Notes: generated by a model from the letters alone, not told the origin. DNA of 64,000 nt from Octopus vulgaris (GCA_951406725.2 OX597817.1:48608001-48672000); one strand, 5' to 3'. Positions 23,880 through 38,281 are shown, counted from the stretch's first letter. Numbers and translations: made by a program.

Positions 23880-26085
23880 TCTATCGAAGTCATCGACTTA
23901 AAACTCAAATCATTTGGTGTTGTCAGTGCAAACTGGATGCACTAAATATGTCCCTGAATAAAAGCCAACATTCCTACTAATAAGTCTCCTGAGATAGGAA
24001 AATCTTTGAGATGCAGAACAAAGATCTCAAACTGGTTGAGAAGGCAACTGAAGTATGGTGGAAAATCTAATTTAAGATGGACAGTCCTGGAAATTGAAAA
24101 CAAAATCAATTTCTTCCAGGCAAATGAAAGAGGAGAGAGAGAGAGAGTAGAGCTGTAGAAAGCATAAAAGCAATCCTAAAGTTTTCTATAAAAGGGAACA
24201 ATACTGTACAAAATAGGACCATTGTTCCAAAGGAATGACTCACTGACCATGGACTTCCAAAGGATAAGTGAAGTGCTCATTGAACAATTAAAAGTCTCTT
24301 CACCTCCTCCATGGAGCACATATGAATAAAAACTGGCTGAATTCTTTAATATTATAGCTCTGCAGATAAGTGGCAACCATCAATTTCATCGACATTGAGG
24401 AGGGAAATGTAACAGTGGCCATTGATAAAATGAGCTTTAGCTCAGCAACTGATCCTGACGGCTTTCCAGCTATTCTCTTGAAGTTATGGAAGTAAGTTTT
24501 AGCAAAACTACTTCAGGTACTTTTACAGAGTTTCCTTGCAAGTGGCAAACTTCCTAAAAGCTAAAATAAGGTATTTTATATGACCTGTTCATAAAGGTGG
24601 GAACTGACTCTAAGAACTACAGGCCCATTTCTCTGACTTCACACATCAGTCATGGAATGAATCGTCGGAAAGAAACCGATAATGTTCCTAGAAGAAAATG
24701 ACACTGAATGATACTCACTTGGCTTCTGTCCGGAAGAAGCTGCCTCACACAGCTTTTATGACTGAGTTTTGAAGTAGCTGCTTGGCTGTTTAAATGTTGA
24801 TGTGATATATCTTGACTTTGCAAAGGCCTTTGAAGAGGTGGACCATGGAATATGTCACAAGCTGCAAGACTTTGGAATAGTGGTGAGAAGACCCGGCAAG
24901 CCAAATGAGACCATAACCTGTAGCCTATGCCAGGAGCATAACCAGCCCACTTATGCACACCTTTTCCTTCTTTGGACACCAAACTTTGCTTCCAAAGACC
25001 TGTTGAGGCAAGTGAAATCAAAATCACACTCGATGACTGGCATCCGTACTAGTGGGGTGCAAAGAGCACCATACAAACGTAATTGTTGACAGAACGGCTA
25101 ACCGGCTTCCGTGCCAGTGGCACATAAAAAGGAACCATTCGAGTGTGATCATTACCAGTGTCGCCTTACTGGCACTTGTGCCCATGCTAGTAGGGTGCCA
25201 AGAGCACCATCCAAGCATGATCGTTGCCGGAGCAGCCAACTGGCTTCCGTGCCAGTGGCACATAAAAGGGTACCATTCGAGTGTGATCGTTACCAACGTC
25301 AGCTTACTGGCACCTTTGCTGGTGGCATGTGTAAAAAGATTTGAGTGAGGTCATTGCCAGTACTGCCAGACTGGTCTCCATGCCGGTGGCACGTAAAAAG
25401 TAACCACTACACTCTCTGAGTGGTTGGCATTAGGAAGGGCATCCATCTGTAGAAACACTGCCAAATCAAGATTGGAGCCTAGTGGAGCCATCTGGTTCGC
25501 CAGCCCTCAGTCAAAATCGTCCAACCCATGCTAGCATGGAAAGCGGACGTTAAACGATGAATGATGATGATGATAGAAAAGTGGTTGTACGACTTCTTAA
25601 AAGACAGTAGTCAGGCAGTTGCAAACAATAGTACCATCTCTGAGGAAACATATATTTCGAGTGTTATTCCCCAGTTAACTGTTTTGGAGCCATTATTGTT
25701 TATAATAGTTCTCTTAAACATGGCCATGGTCACCCAGACATCCACTGACACTAGATATGCTGATGATACAAAATTATCACAGGCAATAAAGAACCTTGAT
25801 GATGCTTTCAGCTTACAGTAAGATCCAAATGCAATATACAAGTAGACTGAAGAGAAAAACATGCAGTTTAATGCTAAAAGATTTCAAGTGCTTTGGTATC
25901 AGCTCACAGATACATCACAGCCTGCATATACAGAACCTGAAGGCACTGCAATCTCAGAGTCACAGACAGTGGGAAACTTGGTGATCAGTATGTGTTACGA
26001 TGCATTATTTCGTATGCACATTATTGAGATTGGTACCAAAGAGCAGACAATTGGCAGGATAGATACAAAGATCCTTCAGGACAAT
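23880..26085 (+). mobile_element. Decayed CR1/L2/Nimb-like LINE reverse transcriptase remnant, interrupted by an RTE 3' piece
   Basis: NYRPISLTSHI near 24615, IYLDFAKAFEEVDHG, VIPQLTVLEPLLF, RYADDTKL and MQFNAKRFQ motifs, with many stops. Confidence 0.8.
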
Positions 26086-27117
26086 CAATATCATCATCAT
26101 CATCATTGTTTAATGTCTGCTTTCCATGCTAGCATGGGTTGGACGATTTTACTGGGGACTGGCAAACCAGGTGACTGCACCAGGCTCCAGTCTTGATCTG
26201 GCAGAGTTTCTTCAGCTTTCCTAATGCCTTTCTACAGCTTTCCTAATGCCAACCATTCTGAGTGTATAGTGGGTGCTTTTATGTGCCACCAGCATGAGGG
26301 CCAGTCAGGCAGAACTGGCAACGACCACGCTCAAATGGTGTTTTTTACATGCCAACTGCACAGGAGCCAGTCCAGCAGCACTGGCAACGACCTCGCTTGA
26401 ATGTTTGACATAAGCACCTGTGTAGTGGCTGTGTATGAGATGGAACTTAAAAGGTAAGAGATATACACCAGTAGAAGCAATGTATATTGTGTGATGCAAC
26501 AGCTCTGTAGTATACATTGCCTGGGAGTTATGGATATGGAGACAAGAGCTTCAGTTTGATGTTATGAAACAGCAGAAGTTTGCTAGGGGACAGATATTAT
26601 GAGATATTTTAATTGCAGGACATTGTGACTATGCAGCAGATATCATTTACTGGCCATTTGCTTTGATTACTGCAGGAGAGACATGCAGTAGAGTGGACAT
26701 CAGGAGGAGGGAAAAGATTGAGAGGAAAGCCAAGTAAGATGTGGTACAGGGGATGACATGATAGTGATGGGAGTTGACCTGGGTGGAGCCAGGAGGAAGG
26801 CAAGTAATCGTCACGTCTGAAGATTTGTTACTGTTGTGCTGACAGCACTGGAAGATTGAAGAGCTAAGAGAAAGTATGTGCTATAGCCCCAACTTTGCAT
26901 ATAGGACCATATAAACACATTTTTGTTAAAAAAAGGTGTCTTGTATGCCATGAAATATGGTATGTTTCAAATCTACCAAGGAAAGGCATAAACATCACAA
27001 CAGTTATTCTCCATTTCTCAGAACATTCTTCTGGTTTTGTTGTGAAAAGTAGTTACCAGAAATCCATTCCACTTGATCCATAGCAGTAATTTAAAGTTTT
27101 CTTTGGAAATGGATATA

Positions 27118-27338
27118 CGAGGGAGTGCTGAAAAGTTCCTGGCTTTAAAGATATTGTTAAAGACCTAGGTTGGAGGCCCAACCTTTTGAGTTCTTTTACA
27201 GGGCTTTGAAAAGCTGAAGGATTGCTGCAATAAGTGTGTGAATCTGAGAGGAGAATTTGTTGAATAAAATCATAATTAACTGATGATCCTCCTGAATTTT
27301 ATTTTATCCAAAGCTAGGAACTTTTCAGCACCGCCTCA
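27118..27338. mobile_element. Mariner-type MITE
   Basis: TA-flanked TIRs GAGG..GTGCTGAAAAGTTCCT(G/A)GCTTT, about 220 bp long. Confidence 0.75.
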
Positions 27339-27538
27339 TAATTTTAAACAGGAATTAGAAAATTACTTTTTTATGAAATTGTGTATTTTATATACTGCTG
27401 TATTTATTTTGTAAAATTCTTGGTGTGAAATGGTGTGTTGAAACATATTGTTATGTTTGGGAATGGTCACTTTGCCAATAAGCAAACTATTTATCTGGTC
27501 ATCACTTTAGCTTTATTATTATTATTAATTACGGTGAT

Positions 27539-27628
27539 ACATATTCTAAAATTGGAGTGATACAGAGATTAGCATGGCCCTTGCGCAAGGATGACATGCA
27601 AATAAAATCGTGAAGCATTCCATATTTT
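27539..27628 (+). pseudogene. U6 snRNA retrocopy / pseudogene
   Basis: ACATATTCTAAAATTGGAGTGATACAGAGATTAGCATGGCCCTTGCGCAAGGATGACATGCAAATAAAATCGTGAAGCATTCCATATTTT aligns to canonical U6 from about nt 17 to the 3' U-tract. It keeps the ACAGAGA box and ISL, with a small deletion, an insertion and CpG transitions. Confidence 0.9.
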
Positions 27629-28279
27629 ATGCATAGGTGCGGGAGTGTCTGTGTGGTAAGTAAAGTTCTAACCAACCACATGGTTCCAGGTTCAGTTCCA
27701 CTGTGTGTCGCCTTGGGCAAGTGTCTTCTACTATAGCCTCAGGCCAACCAAAGCCTTGTGAGTGGATTTGGTAGACGGAAACTGAAAGAAGCCCGTCGTA
27801 TATATATATATGTATGTGTGTGTGTCCCATTATCGCTTGACAACCAATGCTGGTGTGTTTACGTCCCCGTCAGTTAGCGGTTCGGCATAAGAGACCGATA
27901 GAATAAGTACTAGGCTTCCACAGAATAAGTCCTGGGGTCGATTTGCTCGACTAAAGGTGGTGCTCCAGCATGGCCACAATCAAAGTGACTGAAACGAATA
28001 AAAGAATTAGCGGTATATTTAATGTGGTGAGCTGGCAGAATTGTTAGCATGCTGGGGCAAAGTGCTAAGCTGTATTTCATCCATCTTCATGTTCTGAATT
28101 CAAACTTCACTGAAGTTGACTTTGCTTTTCATCCTTTCGGGGTTGATAAAACACCTACTAGAAGACCACTGGGGTTGATGTAAATGATTTACCTTCCCTT
28201 CCCCCTGAACTTGATGGCCTTGTGCCAAAATTTGAAACCATTATTTTTAGTTTATTTGTTGGAGTTCTTTTACCTCTTC

Positions 28280-28715
28280 AATGACAATCTAGGGAGAGCA
28301 ATCCACTGGGAGCTATGTAGAAAGCTAGGATTTGAACATACTGATAAACGGCGAGCTGGCAGAAACGTTAGCATGCCGGGCAAAACGCTTAGCAGTATTT
28401 CATCTGCCATTACGTTCTGAGTTCAAATTCTGCCGAGGTCGACTTTGCCTTTCATCCTTTTGGGGGTTGATTAAATAAGTACCAGTTACGCACTGGGGTC
28501 GATATAATCAACTTAATCCCTTTGTCTGTCCTTGTTTGTCCTTCCTGTGTTTAGCCCCTTGTGGGCAATAAAGAAATAAGTATGAATATGAACCTAGTAA
28601 AGAACTAGAAAGTAAGAAATACAAGATGTTGTGGACTTTAACATTCAGACTGACAGAGTAATAGAAGCTAGAAGGCCTGATTTGGTAGTAGTAGATAAAA
28701 AGAATAGAAGTCCCA
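28280..28715 (+). mobile_element. R4/Dong-like (RLE-type) LINE C-terminal remnant interrupted by a SINE (28349-28578)
   Basis: DNLGRAIHWELCRKLG ... EP..ELE....KML-DFNIQTDRVIEARRPDLVVVDK, a restriction-like endonuclease motif. Confidence 0.7.
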
Positions 28716-28975
28716 AATGATGAAAAAATTGTGTCTCCTCTGGTCTTGTCCCATCTCTTAATTTTGAAAAGTGGTTGGCGTTAGGAAGGGCATCCTGCTG
28801 TAGAAACACTGCCAGATCAAGACTGGAGCCTGGTGCAGCCTCCTGGCTTCCCAGACCTTAGTCGAACCATGCAACCCATGCCAGCATGGAAAACGGCCGT
28901 TAAACGATGATGATGATGATAATATAATGATTCATATGATTTGTAACCATTTCTTTTCTCTATTTTTTTCTACAG

Positions 28976-29128
28976 CATGGTTCATCTCGGTGCAGGTTAT
29001 GATCAGTTTGACATTCCTCTTACAAGGGCTGGTTGCTGTTTTCCTTCTCTGCATGCTCATCCATTGCTGTCCAATCCATGTCAAACCTTTAATTCTCACG
29101 TTATCAAGTATTGTCATGTTTCTCTGTG
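28976..29128 (+). CDS. Claudin-superfamily gene, internal exon (TM2, intracellular loop, start of TM3)
   Basis: Polypyrimidine tract and tacag acceptor ending at 28975. 153 nt, phase 1-1, reads (P/S)WFISVQVMISLTFLLQGLVAVFLLCMLIHCCPIHVKPLILTLSSIVMFLC. Donor G|GTAAGT at 29128/29129. Confidence 0.88.
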
Positions 29129-30233
29129 GTAAGTAATTACATTTCATATTGTTTTTAAAAGATCTTTTTGTCTGTTGAGTGTGGGGGACAGGCATGCCTG
29201 TTTTGTGTAGAGGATCACTTCACATCTATGTGTTTCAGGTTCATTTCCACAGGGGTACTGTGGCTGTTTTTTTTATTATAGGCCTGGACTGACCAATACC
29301 TATTTCTTTACTACCCACAAGGGGCTAAACACAGAGAGGACAAACAAGGACAGACAAACGGATTAAGTTGATTATATCAACCCCAGTGCATAACTGGTAC
29401 TTATTTAATCGACCCCGAAAGGATGAAAGGCAAAGTTGACCTCGGCGGAATTTGAACTCAGAACATAGTGGCAGACGAAATACCGCTAAGCATTTCGCCC
29501 GGCGTGCTAGCGTTTCTGACCAATACCTTTTGAATGAAATTGGTGCACTGTATGGAAGATCATCAACTATCTTTTATCTTTTACCTGTTTCTGGTCATTA
29601 GATTGTGACCATGCTGGGGCACCACCTTGAAGAATTTTAGCCATAAGCTTGGTACTTCTATTACCTGTCTCTTTTGCTGAACCACCAAGTTATGGGGATG
29701 TAAACATACCAACACCTGGCGTCAAGTGGTGGTGGGGAACAGACACAAACACACACACACAAAATAGGCTTCTTTCAGTTTCTGTCTACCAAATCCACTC
29801 ACAAGTCTTTGGCTGACTCGAGGCTTATAGTTAAATACACTTACCTAAGGTGCCCTCCGGGGACCGAACCCAGAACCATATGGTTGGGAAGCTTACTTTT
29901 TACCACACAGCCATGCCTTTATGACAAGGTTGTCTTCCCCTATCATCCTTTCAAGGTTGCTGAAATAAGTACCAGTTGTGTACCAGGGTCAGTGATATGA
30001 ACTAAACTCCTCCATATAAAATTTAAGGCCTTGCACCTATACTCTTTTACTTGTTTCAGTTATTTGACTGCGGCTCTGCTGGAGCACCGCCTTTAGTTGA
30101 GCAAATTGACCCTAAGACTTATTCTTTGTAAGCCTAGTACTTATTCTATCGGTCTCTTTTGCCGAACCGCTAAGTTACGGGGACGTAAACACACCAGCAT
30201 CGGTTGTCAAGCGAAGTTGGGGGGGGGGGGGGA

Positions 30234-30277
<44 letters not shown>

Positions 30278-31570
30278 TATATATACATATATACGATGGG
30301 CTACCAAATCCACTCACAAGGCTTTGGTCGGCCCGAGGCTATAGTAGAAGACACTTGCCCAAGGTGCCACGCAGTGAGACTGAACCCGGAACCATGTAGT
30401 TGGTAAGCAAGCTACTTACCACACAGCCACTCCTGCACCTATAGTAGAAAGGATTATCATAGGTATTCAGGCTGTGATTATCCTCTCAGTTTGTAAGAAC
30501 TAAATTATCCTGGAGTCACTTCTTTCTTTCCTCAGCCACTTTGCTATTAGATGGCGAGATATGGTACAAAGGAGAATTAGCTGCTGTTTCTAGCAGGGTT
30601 GAATGACTCCCTCTCTTTGGTTTATATGTATTACACTATCGTTTATATAAAGAGAATGATTATATGTAAGTCTTATACTTACTGTCTATTCTTGCTTTTA
30701 TGGGTGGGAAATCTGTGCTGATCGCTTTGCTATTTTATTGTTGATCTTTGACAGATTTTATTATCAGTTTAAGTTATTTCACACATGCACTCACACACAC
30801 ACACAAATATTTTCAAGAGAATTTGAAGTTTGCACAAGTGTGGCTGTGTGGTAAGAGGCTTGCTTCCCAACCATATGGTTCCGGGTTCAGTCCCACTGCA
30901 TGACACCTAGGGTAAATGTTCTCTACTTTCGCCTTAGGCCTTAAGATTGCATTTGGTAGAGAGAAACTGAAAGAAGCCTGTATATATATATATCTAAGTA
31001 GAGTGAGTTGAGCGCAGATGCTATTCAAATTCTTTTACTTTCGACATATGTTTCAAAGATAACATTAGTTTTATGCAATCTTCTCATCAGGAAAGAAAGA
31101 GAACCTATCTCAACAACAAGACATTATAACAATTTTGATGACTGCATAAATGATAAACAGAAGGCTATTAAGTATTTTAGAAAACCATTAGTAGATTCGA
31201 CATCAAAGGCGGACACTAGGAAGAGAAGGGGTGAAGAAATAATAAGTAGAGAACAAATTAAGAGGGATATATTGGTTGAAAAATGTTCAAAGGCTTGGAA
31301 GTAGATTTCTCTATTGAAGTAAAGTGCAAGTTAAACTAACTGTTCAAACTATAAAGACTGGTAAAATCACTTACATGAGCTAAAGGTATGTTTCTGCCAG
31401 TGCTTACATTTGTAAGATCACTCTATAAGTGTGTTAACAAGGTGATTCTTAGAGAAGAGAGTATGGAAGAGTTCAGAGTTGCAAATGCTACAAAATCCTT
31501 TGCCCCTTATCATAAGGGAAAGATATGGACATGATGAACCAATCTAACTTAAAATCCTTATTGTTGTCTT

Positions 31571-31601
<31 letters not shown>

Positions 31602-32033
31602 TTTGTCTGTATTTGTCCCCCACCACTGCATGGCAACCAATGTTGGTATGTTTACGTCCATATAACATAGTGGTTTGGCAATAGAGAATGATAGAATAAA
31701 TATGAGGCTTGAAAAATTTAAATACAGAAATATAGTAAAAATAATAAGGGAAGTTATACTGAAGGTTGCAGCTATTATTAGCAACATTTTTTCTGCTTGA
31801 ACTTCGTAATTTTGCATTGAAGTAACTGCTAAAGCAGAGAAATGGGTGTGAGAAAATAATAGCCCTGTTATGCATGACTGGTTATCTAGGAGCTGCCATA
31901 TTGCATAACTTTCTCAGTGATTAAGTAATGTTAAAGAAAAATAATGTATCGTCTTTTATTCTATTTCAGTCTTTGGACTGTGGCCATGCTGGGGCCACTG
32001 CCTTAAAGGGTTTAGTTGAACAAATCAACTCCA

Positions 32034-32064
<31 letters not shown>

Positions 32065-32065
<1 letters not shown>

Positions 32066-32460
32066 TAGCAGTATCGCCCAGCATTGCTTGGGTTTGTTTC
32101 AACCCTTTAGAAATGGAATTTTTGAAAAGTAAAAATTTTGCATTATGTAGCTTGTTATTCTCTTTAAGGGAACATTTTTCTGGTTGAAATACACTGAAAA
32201 ATGGCAACACAGCAGTCAAAAAATTGTAAAAACTAGGGATTTTCATAGAAAAAAAAGCACCTTTTTGATGTAAATAATTTTTGATCCTAACATGGTCTGA
32301 TTTGAATTTTTTCTTCTATGGAAGGAAGAGCAAGCCTTCTTCTATCATACTCTCAATTTTGGTCAACTTGCACCTCAGGGTCTCGGAGGAGATAGTGTTA
32401 GTTGAAGGCTACCAAACCTGCCATACACAGACAACTTCACCTTTATATATATATATATAT
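32065..32460 (-). mobile_element. Non-autonomous Helitron-like element inserted into a SINE
   Basis: Minus-strand 3' end has a GC hairpin followed by ...ATACTGCTAG|T. Body is closely similar to 53060-53440. The host SINE continues on both sides. Confidence 0.7.
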
Positions 32461-33596
32461 AAGTCTGGTACTTATTTTATTGACCTCTTTTGCTGAACTA
32501 CTAAGTTACAAATACTTAGACTAACAATTGTTGTCAGATGATGGTGGGGGTCAAGCCCTACAGAAAGACCCCCCCCACACACACATACACATATATGACT
32601 GACTTCTATACAGTTTTTCTTTACCAAGTTCACTCACAAGGCATTGGTCATCTTGTGGCTAAAGTAGAAGACATTTACCTGAGGGGCCAAGCAGTGAGAC
32701 TGGACCTCAGACCACAGGGTTGTGAAGCAAATTCCTTGACCACACAGCCATGCTAAAATATGACAGTTTATTCCTGTTGTCCCCTTTCGGTAGTTGTTAC
32801 TCTTTCTACATCAAGCATTGTTTTGTTTCCTCCCTGTGTCTCATTTTCTTTAGCTTCGTTCAGCATCCACTTTTCCTTGCTGCTATGGATTGGATAGTTT
32901 ATATCCCTGTAACTTAGCAGTTCAGTTAAGAAATAGATAGAATATGTACCCGACAAAAAAAAAAATCAGAACATAAATTCAAGGTTGATTTGTGCAACTA
33001 AAATCTTTGAGGCAGTGCCTCAGCATGGCCATAGTCCAATGACTGAAATTAGTGACAGATAAGATAAAAATAGCTACTGCCACCTTCTTTCACATTGCTA
33101 TAGCCTGACATAAAAAATGTTAAAACAAATGAAAAGAGGAAATCTGACTAACCTTTTATAATGTTGATAAGACATGTCTTATGTATGCACATTACTTGTG
33201 TATGTGGGTGTGTATGTGTGTGTGTGTATATATATATATATCACCGTAATCACCGTGACCGACCAGGCTATCAGATGTTGCTACACATCGCTGGTCACAC
33301 TGCACTACGCATTGGTTTTAGCCTTCAAATAACGCCACCCTGCTGAATAAGTGAGCAGGCCAACAGAAGAAAGAGTGAGAGAAAGTTGTGGCAAAAGAAT
33401 ACAGCAGGGATCGCCAATGGAGCCTCGTGGAGCTTTAGATGTTTTTGCTCAATAAACACTCACAACGCTCGGTCTGGGAATCGATCCTGCCCTAACCACT
33501 GGGCCATTGCACTTCCATGTGTGTATATATATATATATATATATATGAAGAAAATGAAGAGTTAATAGTTATCTATTAATAAATAGATAATCATTT

Positions 33597-33693
33597 CTTC
33601 CTACAGCTGTTTTCATTTATATACATTGAATAAATTACAAATTTATGCATCAAATTTGCATTTATGAGTTATGAGTAAAATATCTTCAGGGAA
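33597..33693 (-). ncRNA. Degenerate hammerhead-like motif with a long AT-rich stem II
   Basis: Minus strand TTCC-CTGAAGA...GAAAACAGCTGTA-GGAA. Palindromic ACAGCTGT helix III and TTCC/GGAA stem I. A related half-motif occurs near 58230-58250. Confidence 0.5.
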
Positions 33694-35099
33694 AAGTTGT
33701 ACTTTAAAAAATTACATTTTGACCTCTCTGTTCATTCCCAAAGATATAAAGGTATAGAACCAGTGTTTTCTTGAATGCAATTATTCTGTTACGAGGTTAA
33801 TATATCCTCTAATTAAATTATATATACATACAAGATTTCAAGAGCCCACTGTTTTTTAATATTCTTCCAAAGAGTCTGAGGAACTTGCACAAAGTAGATA
33901 TAGGGGTTTTTAAATCAAAGCTGGACCTCTTCCTGTCGAGAGTCCCAGATGAACCTACCTCACGGCAAGAGGTGCAAATGAGGGTAGCTATATCAAGCTC
34001 CATGCTTCACCAAGTGCCAAATATTAGAGGAGGCTCTTAGTAATAACAGTGTAGCAAAACAGCAGTGCATCAGCATGGCCACAGCACTGAGCTGAAACTA
34101 GAGAAAGAAAAATACATGATTAGCCAAAAGTTAAGTGTTGGAGGCAATTCAGTTTGTGGCTTTGTATTTTTATTAGAAGTCATCTGTTAAATTTAAAATG
34201 TTCTAGAGAATTGCTAAAGGTTAAGACCATTTTCTTTTTGATGGTTCAAAGGGCTGAGTGGGATTAGAAGTATAAGGCCAGTGACTTTATGCAAACAAAT
34301 AAGGGTCCTTGTTAGAAGGACAGAAGCAGAAAGACAACTATTATGGGATTCTTTTGCTTTGGGGCTGTTGCTTGGGATGAACATGGTGGCTGCGTGAGTT
34401 CAGGAAATTTGCCGTTAGGTTCTGGCCAGAGGTTAAGCAGGTAGGGCTCCCACAGATATATATCCTTTCTGGAAAGGATTGACTGAACCTGGAACTATGT
34501 GACTATGAAGCAAGCTTCTTACCACACAGCCATGCCTACAGCTACATATGTCAATCCATATTTAAAATCTGCTATTGTAAAATATATTATTTTAAATGTA
34601 ATATGCTTGACAAACATTTGTTCAGGTTATAATTTACAGCTGGGTCATTGTAAACTTCATCGACCCTGTTGGAAAGATATTATTTATTAGAATTAAACAA
34701 ATGCATCCTGGTGCAATTGAATTAATGGGACATAAAAACAGTCACATATGGACATTGTAAATATGTGGATTGTACCCTCGTGTGTCATGAAAGGAAAGCA
34801 TTATCAATAAAAAGCCAGCTGTATTATTAAACATTTGGATGTCTGGGGAGAAGAAAATAGCTGCCGACTGTTATAACTCTGGCAGTCCCCAGCATCTGTT
34901 TGTAGCAGGACAAGGCTCCTGTGTGATATTATTTGGTCGTGTGGCTTAGAAGCTTGCTTTGTAGCCACTTGGTTTTGGGTTCATTTCCACTGTGTGGCAC
35001 CTTGGGCAAGAGTCTTTTACTGTAATCTTGGGCTGACTAATGAATGTTACACGAATTTGATTGATAGGAAGATGTTTGTGTGTAGGTGTGTGTATGTCT

Positions 35100-35228
35100 G
35101 TCTGTCCATCTATCTATCTATCTCTTTTTCTTTCTTTCTCTCTTTTTCTCTATCTCTTTCTTTCTCTCTCTCTTTCTCTATCTCTTTCTTTCTCTTTCTC
35201 TATCTCTCTTTCTTTTGAAATGTGTGTG

Positions 35229-35290
<62 letters not shown>

Positions 35291-35330
35291 CAACTCTCTC
35301 TTTATCTCTCTCTCTCTCTCTCTCTCTATA
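35100..35330. repeat. Compound (TCT/TC)n + (TATC)n microsatellite inside a SINE-A copy
   Basis: Directly visible in the sequence. Confidence 0.9.
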
Positions 35331-36649
35331 AATATATATGTGTATGTTTCTTCCTTACTGCTTGACAACTGGCGTTGCTTTTTTTACATTAGCAACTCAG
35401 CAAAAGAGTCCAATAAAAAAACGTACTAAGCTTATAATCAATAGTAATAAATAAATACAGGGATAGATAGATATCCTTAAAGGTGATGTCCCACCATGAA
35501 CGCTGTCCAATGATTAAAACAAGTAAAAGTATAGTTGTAGAAACATAAATGAAATCTGTAATCTCTAACGATTTTTAATTACATGGCTGATGCCAGCACT
35601 GCCTTGACTGTCTTTTGTGCTGGTGGTACATAAAAAGCACCAACTGATTGTGGCTGTTGCCAGCTTCCCCTGGCACCTGTGCCGGTGGCATGTAAAAAGC
35701 ACCCACTACACTCATGGAGTGGTTGGCGTTAGGAAGGACATCCAGCTGTACAAACACTGCCAGATCAGACTGAATCCTGGTGCAGCCTCCTGGCTTCCCA
35801 GATCCTGGTCAAACCATCCAACCCATGCTAGCATGGAAAACGGACGTTAAACGATGATGATGATGTTGAAAAATTAATTGTATTTTATAGTCAGTCTCAA
35901 AGTAACTTTTGCAGAATAAATTTCAGGGCTTAAGAAACCCTGGAAATGGCTTTCTGCTAAGGGCAGACTTTGTTGTATTGGAAAGAAATTCCATAAAAGA
36001 CCACTGGGATATAAGTAGGTATAGGACCTTCTTTTTATTAAGTTCTATAGAAGGATTATTATATTTGTGGTATTAAGGTGAAGGAGTGCCCCTATTGTCA
36101 CAAGACAATAGGGGGATTCTTTCACCTTCATATTGCAACTACTAATAATACATGTGTAAAACTTTATATAAAGAAAAAGCCAGCCCCTTGTTTAGTAACA
36201 ACTGATTGACCTTTGTTAAGATTTCTTTCTAGAAAAATGAAATCTGTCCTCAGAAGACAAACCTCTCTGTTTTTTGTTCTTCTTCTTGACTTGTCTTGAG
36301 ACAGCATTCACCAGGGGTGGGTTGAGCTGGCTTCATTCATACTCAATGCTGCATCTCTCACAAGCACCAACTAGACATGGCAATTTGAGGCTAACCACTC
36401 CTTATTCTTTGTGAGACTGAGAAAGAAAAATTGTGTTGACCCTTCCAAGCATTCAGATTACTCTGTTGAGCATAATGCTTATTTATTCAAATTGGTTTGA
36501 ATTAATCATGTTTCTTCTAGATTTTAGTGATGAGATAGTATATTTTTAGAATGACATTGTATGGTAGGTGTGAGAAGCTGAATTTGGTCAGTTTGTACAT
36601 AGAACAAGTTGAATATTTAGACCTGATATGGCTTGTTTAATTGTTTTCT

Positions 36650-37625
36650 TTCTTCTTTATGCCTTTAACCCTCCAACACGGAGTATAGGCCACTTATAAT
36701 TGAATTCCATGTCGCACAATTTTTGGCTTCTGTACTTATACTCTGCCATGAATGTCCCCCTTTCTCTAGTTCCTTTTGTGTTGATCTCCACCACGAGTTC
36801 TTAGGCCTACCTCTCCTTCTATATCCATCTGGATTCCACTGTAAAGCACTTTTCGCTACATTTGGTGTGTCTTTTCTAATTGCGCTACCAATCCACTTCC
36901 ACTTTTTCTTAAATATTTGCTCCCTAATCGAAACTTCATTTGTTCTTTGCCATAACTCCATATTGCTTATGTATTCGGGCCATCTAATTTTAGGTATACT
37001 ACGCAAGCATCTGTTGATGAATGTTTGTATTTGCTTATTTGACTTACTTACTTGTACTTGTGGCAACATTCACCCTGGGCGGGTTGAGTCGGCTTCTTCT
37101 ACCACTCTCAAGGCATCTCGAACCATGGCAGTGGAAGAAGTTTCATGGGAATATGAATTTCACAAGCAGTCCCCAACAATCCCGCATGTAGAGACATCCT
37201 ATTTGCTGCAGATTGTCTGCAGACACAGGGACAGAACAACTGAGGAGCCACCGGTTGCCGAAACAGACACTCCAAGGATTTTCACGGGTTGTGGCCCTAA
37301 TACCACTCGGTGTCAGACCAATCTGCCTTGGGTGGCTCTACCAGGAACCAAAGTTCCCGATGGCATAGCTCTGACACTACCCGTTGCCAGTGTCCCCACC
37401 ACGGTGAGGAGGGGATGGACTTAACTGTTGTTCGCCATGTCTCAGCCCCATACAATAACACTGCTTTTACGTTAGTGTTAAAAATTCTTATTTTGTTCTT
37501 TATTGAAATTACACTTGCACTCCATACTTTCTTTAACAGGTGAAAAGCGGTCCTTGCCTTACTTATTCTCGTCTTAATATCTTCGTCGGTGCCGCCTGAA
37601 AACGTTATCTCACTACCTAAATACT
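36650..37625 (-). mobile_element. RTE-clade LINE 3' fragment (a different family), interrupted at about 37060-37420
   Basis: YLGSEIT..GGTDEDIKTRISKARTAF...KIRIFNTNVKAVLLYGAETW and QTFINRCLRSI...WKWIG...GYRRRGRPKNSW. Confidence 0.88.
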
Positions 37626-38281
37626 GTTTAATTGCTAAAGGGTTAAATACAGAATATAAAGAATACCATGGTATATTATCATAAAAAAAATTGGGGCTGA
37701 GCAAGTTGAATGTACAATGTGATCATTCTTCAAATACTTACAGTTAATCCCTTATATTCGTTCCTTTGGAGATGAATTATATTAAACTGGTATTCTTGTA
37801 TAGGAATATAAAATGGCAATTACTCTCATAATGGTAATGATGTACACATTCTATAAAAGACTAACAGGATGGTAGTAGATATAGGACATTCTATGGAAGG
37901 ATTCTTATATTTATTATATATGTATTTTTGTGTGTATTTTATTTAAAATGTACATTTAAGAGATAAGTTATGATCGGTTTCTTAAATCTTACAGCAGTGT
38001 GTACTTATATGTGGTACTGGCAATGGCCACGCTCAAATGGTGTTTTTATGTGTCACCTACACAGGAGCCAGTCCAGCAGCACTGGCAACGACCTCATTCA
38101 AATGTTGTTTTTCATGTACCACCAGCACAAGTGCTAGTAAAGCGATGCTGGTAACTATCACACTCGAATGGTGCTTTTTACATTCCACCAGCATGGGGGC
38201 CAGTCAGCAGCCCTGGCGACAATCACACTTGGATGGTGCTCTTAGTGCCCCACCAGCATGGATGGCAGTCATGCGGTGCTG

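Noticed and set aside
27539-27628. Functional U6 gene
   Set aside because: The 5' stem is missing or degenerate, there is a deletion after ACAGAGA, an insertion and CpG transitions, and no evident TATA/PSE upstream; called a pseudogene.
36723-37424. 233-aa + strand ORF, the longest in the track
   Set aside because: Antisense to an RTE LINE fragment and its insertion; no recognisable domain.
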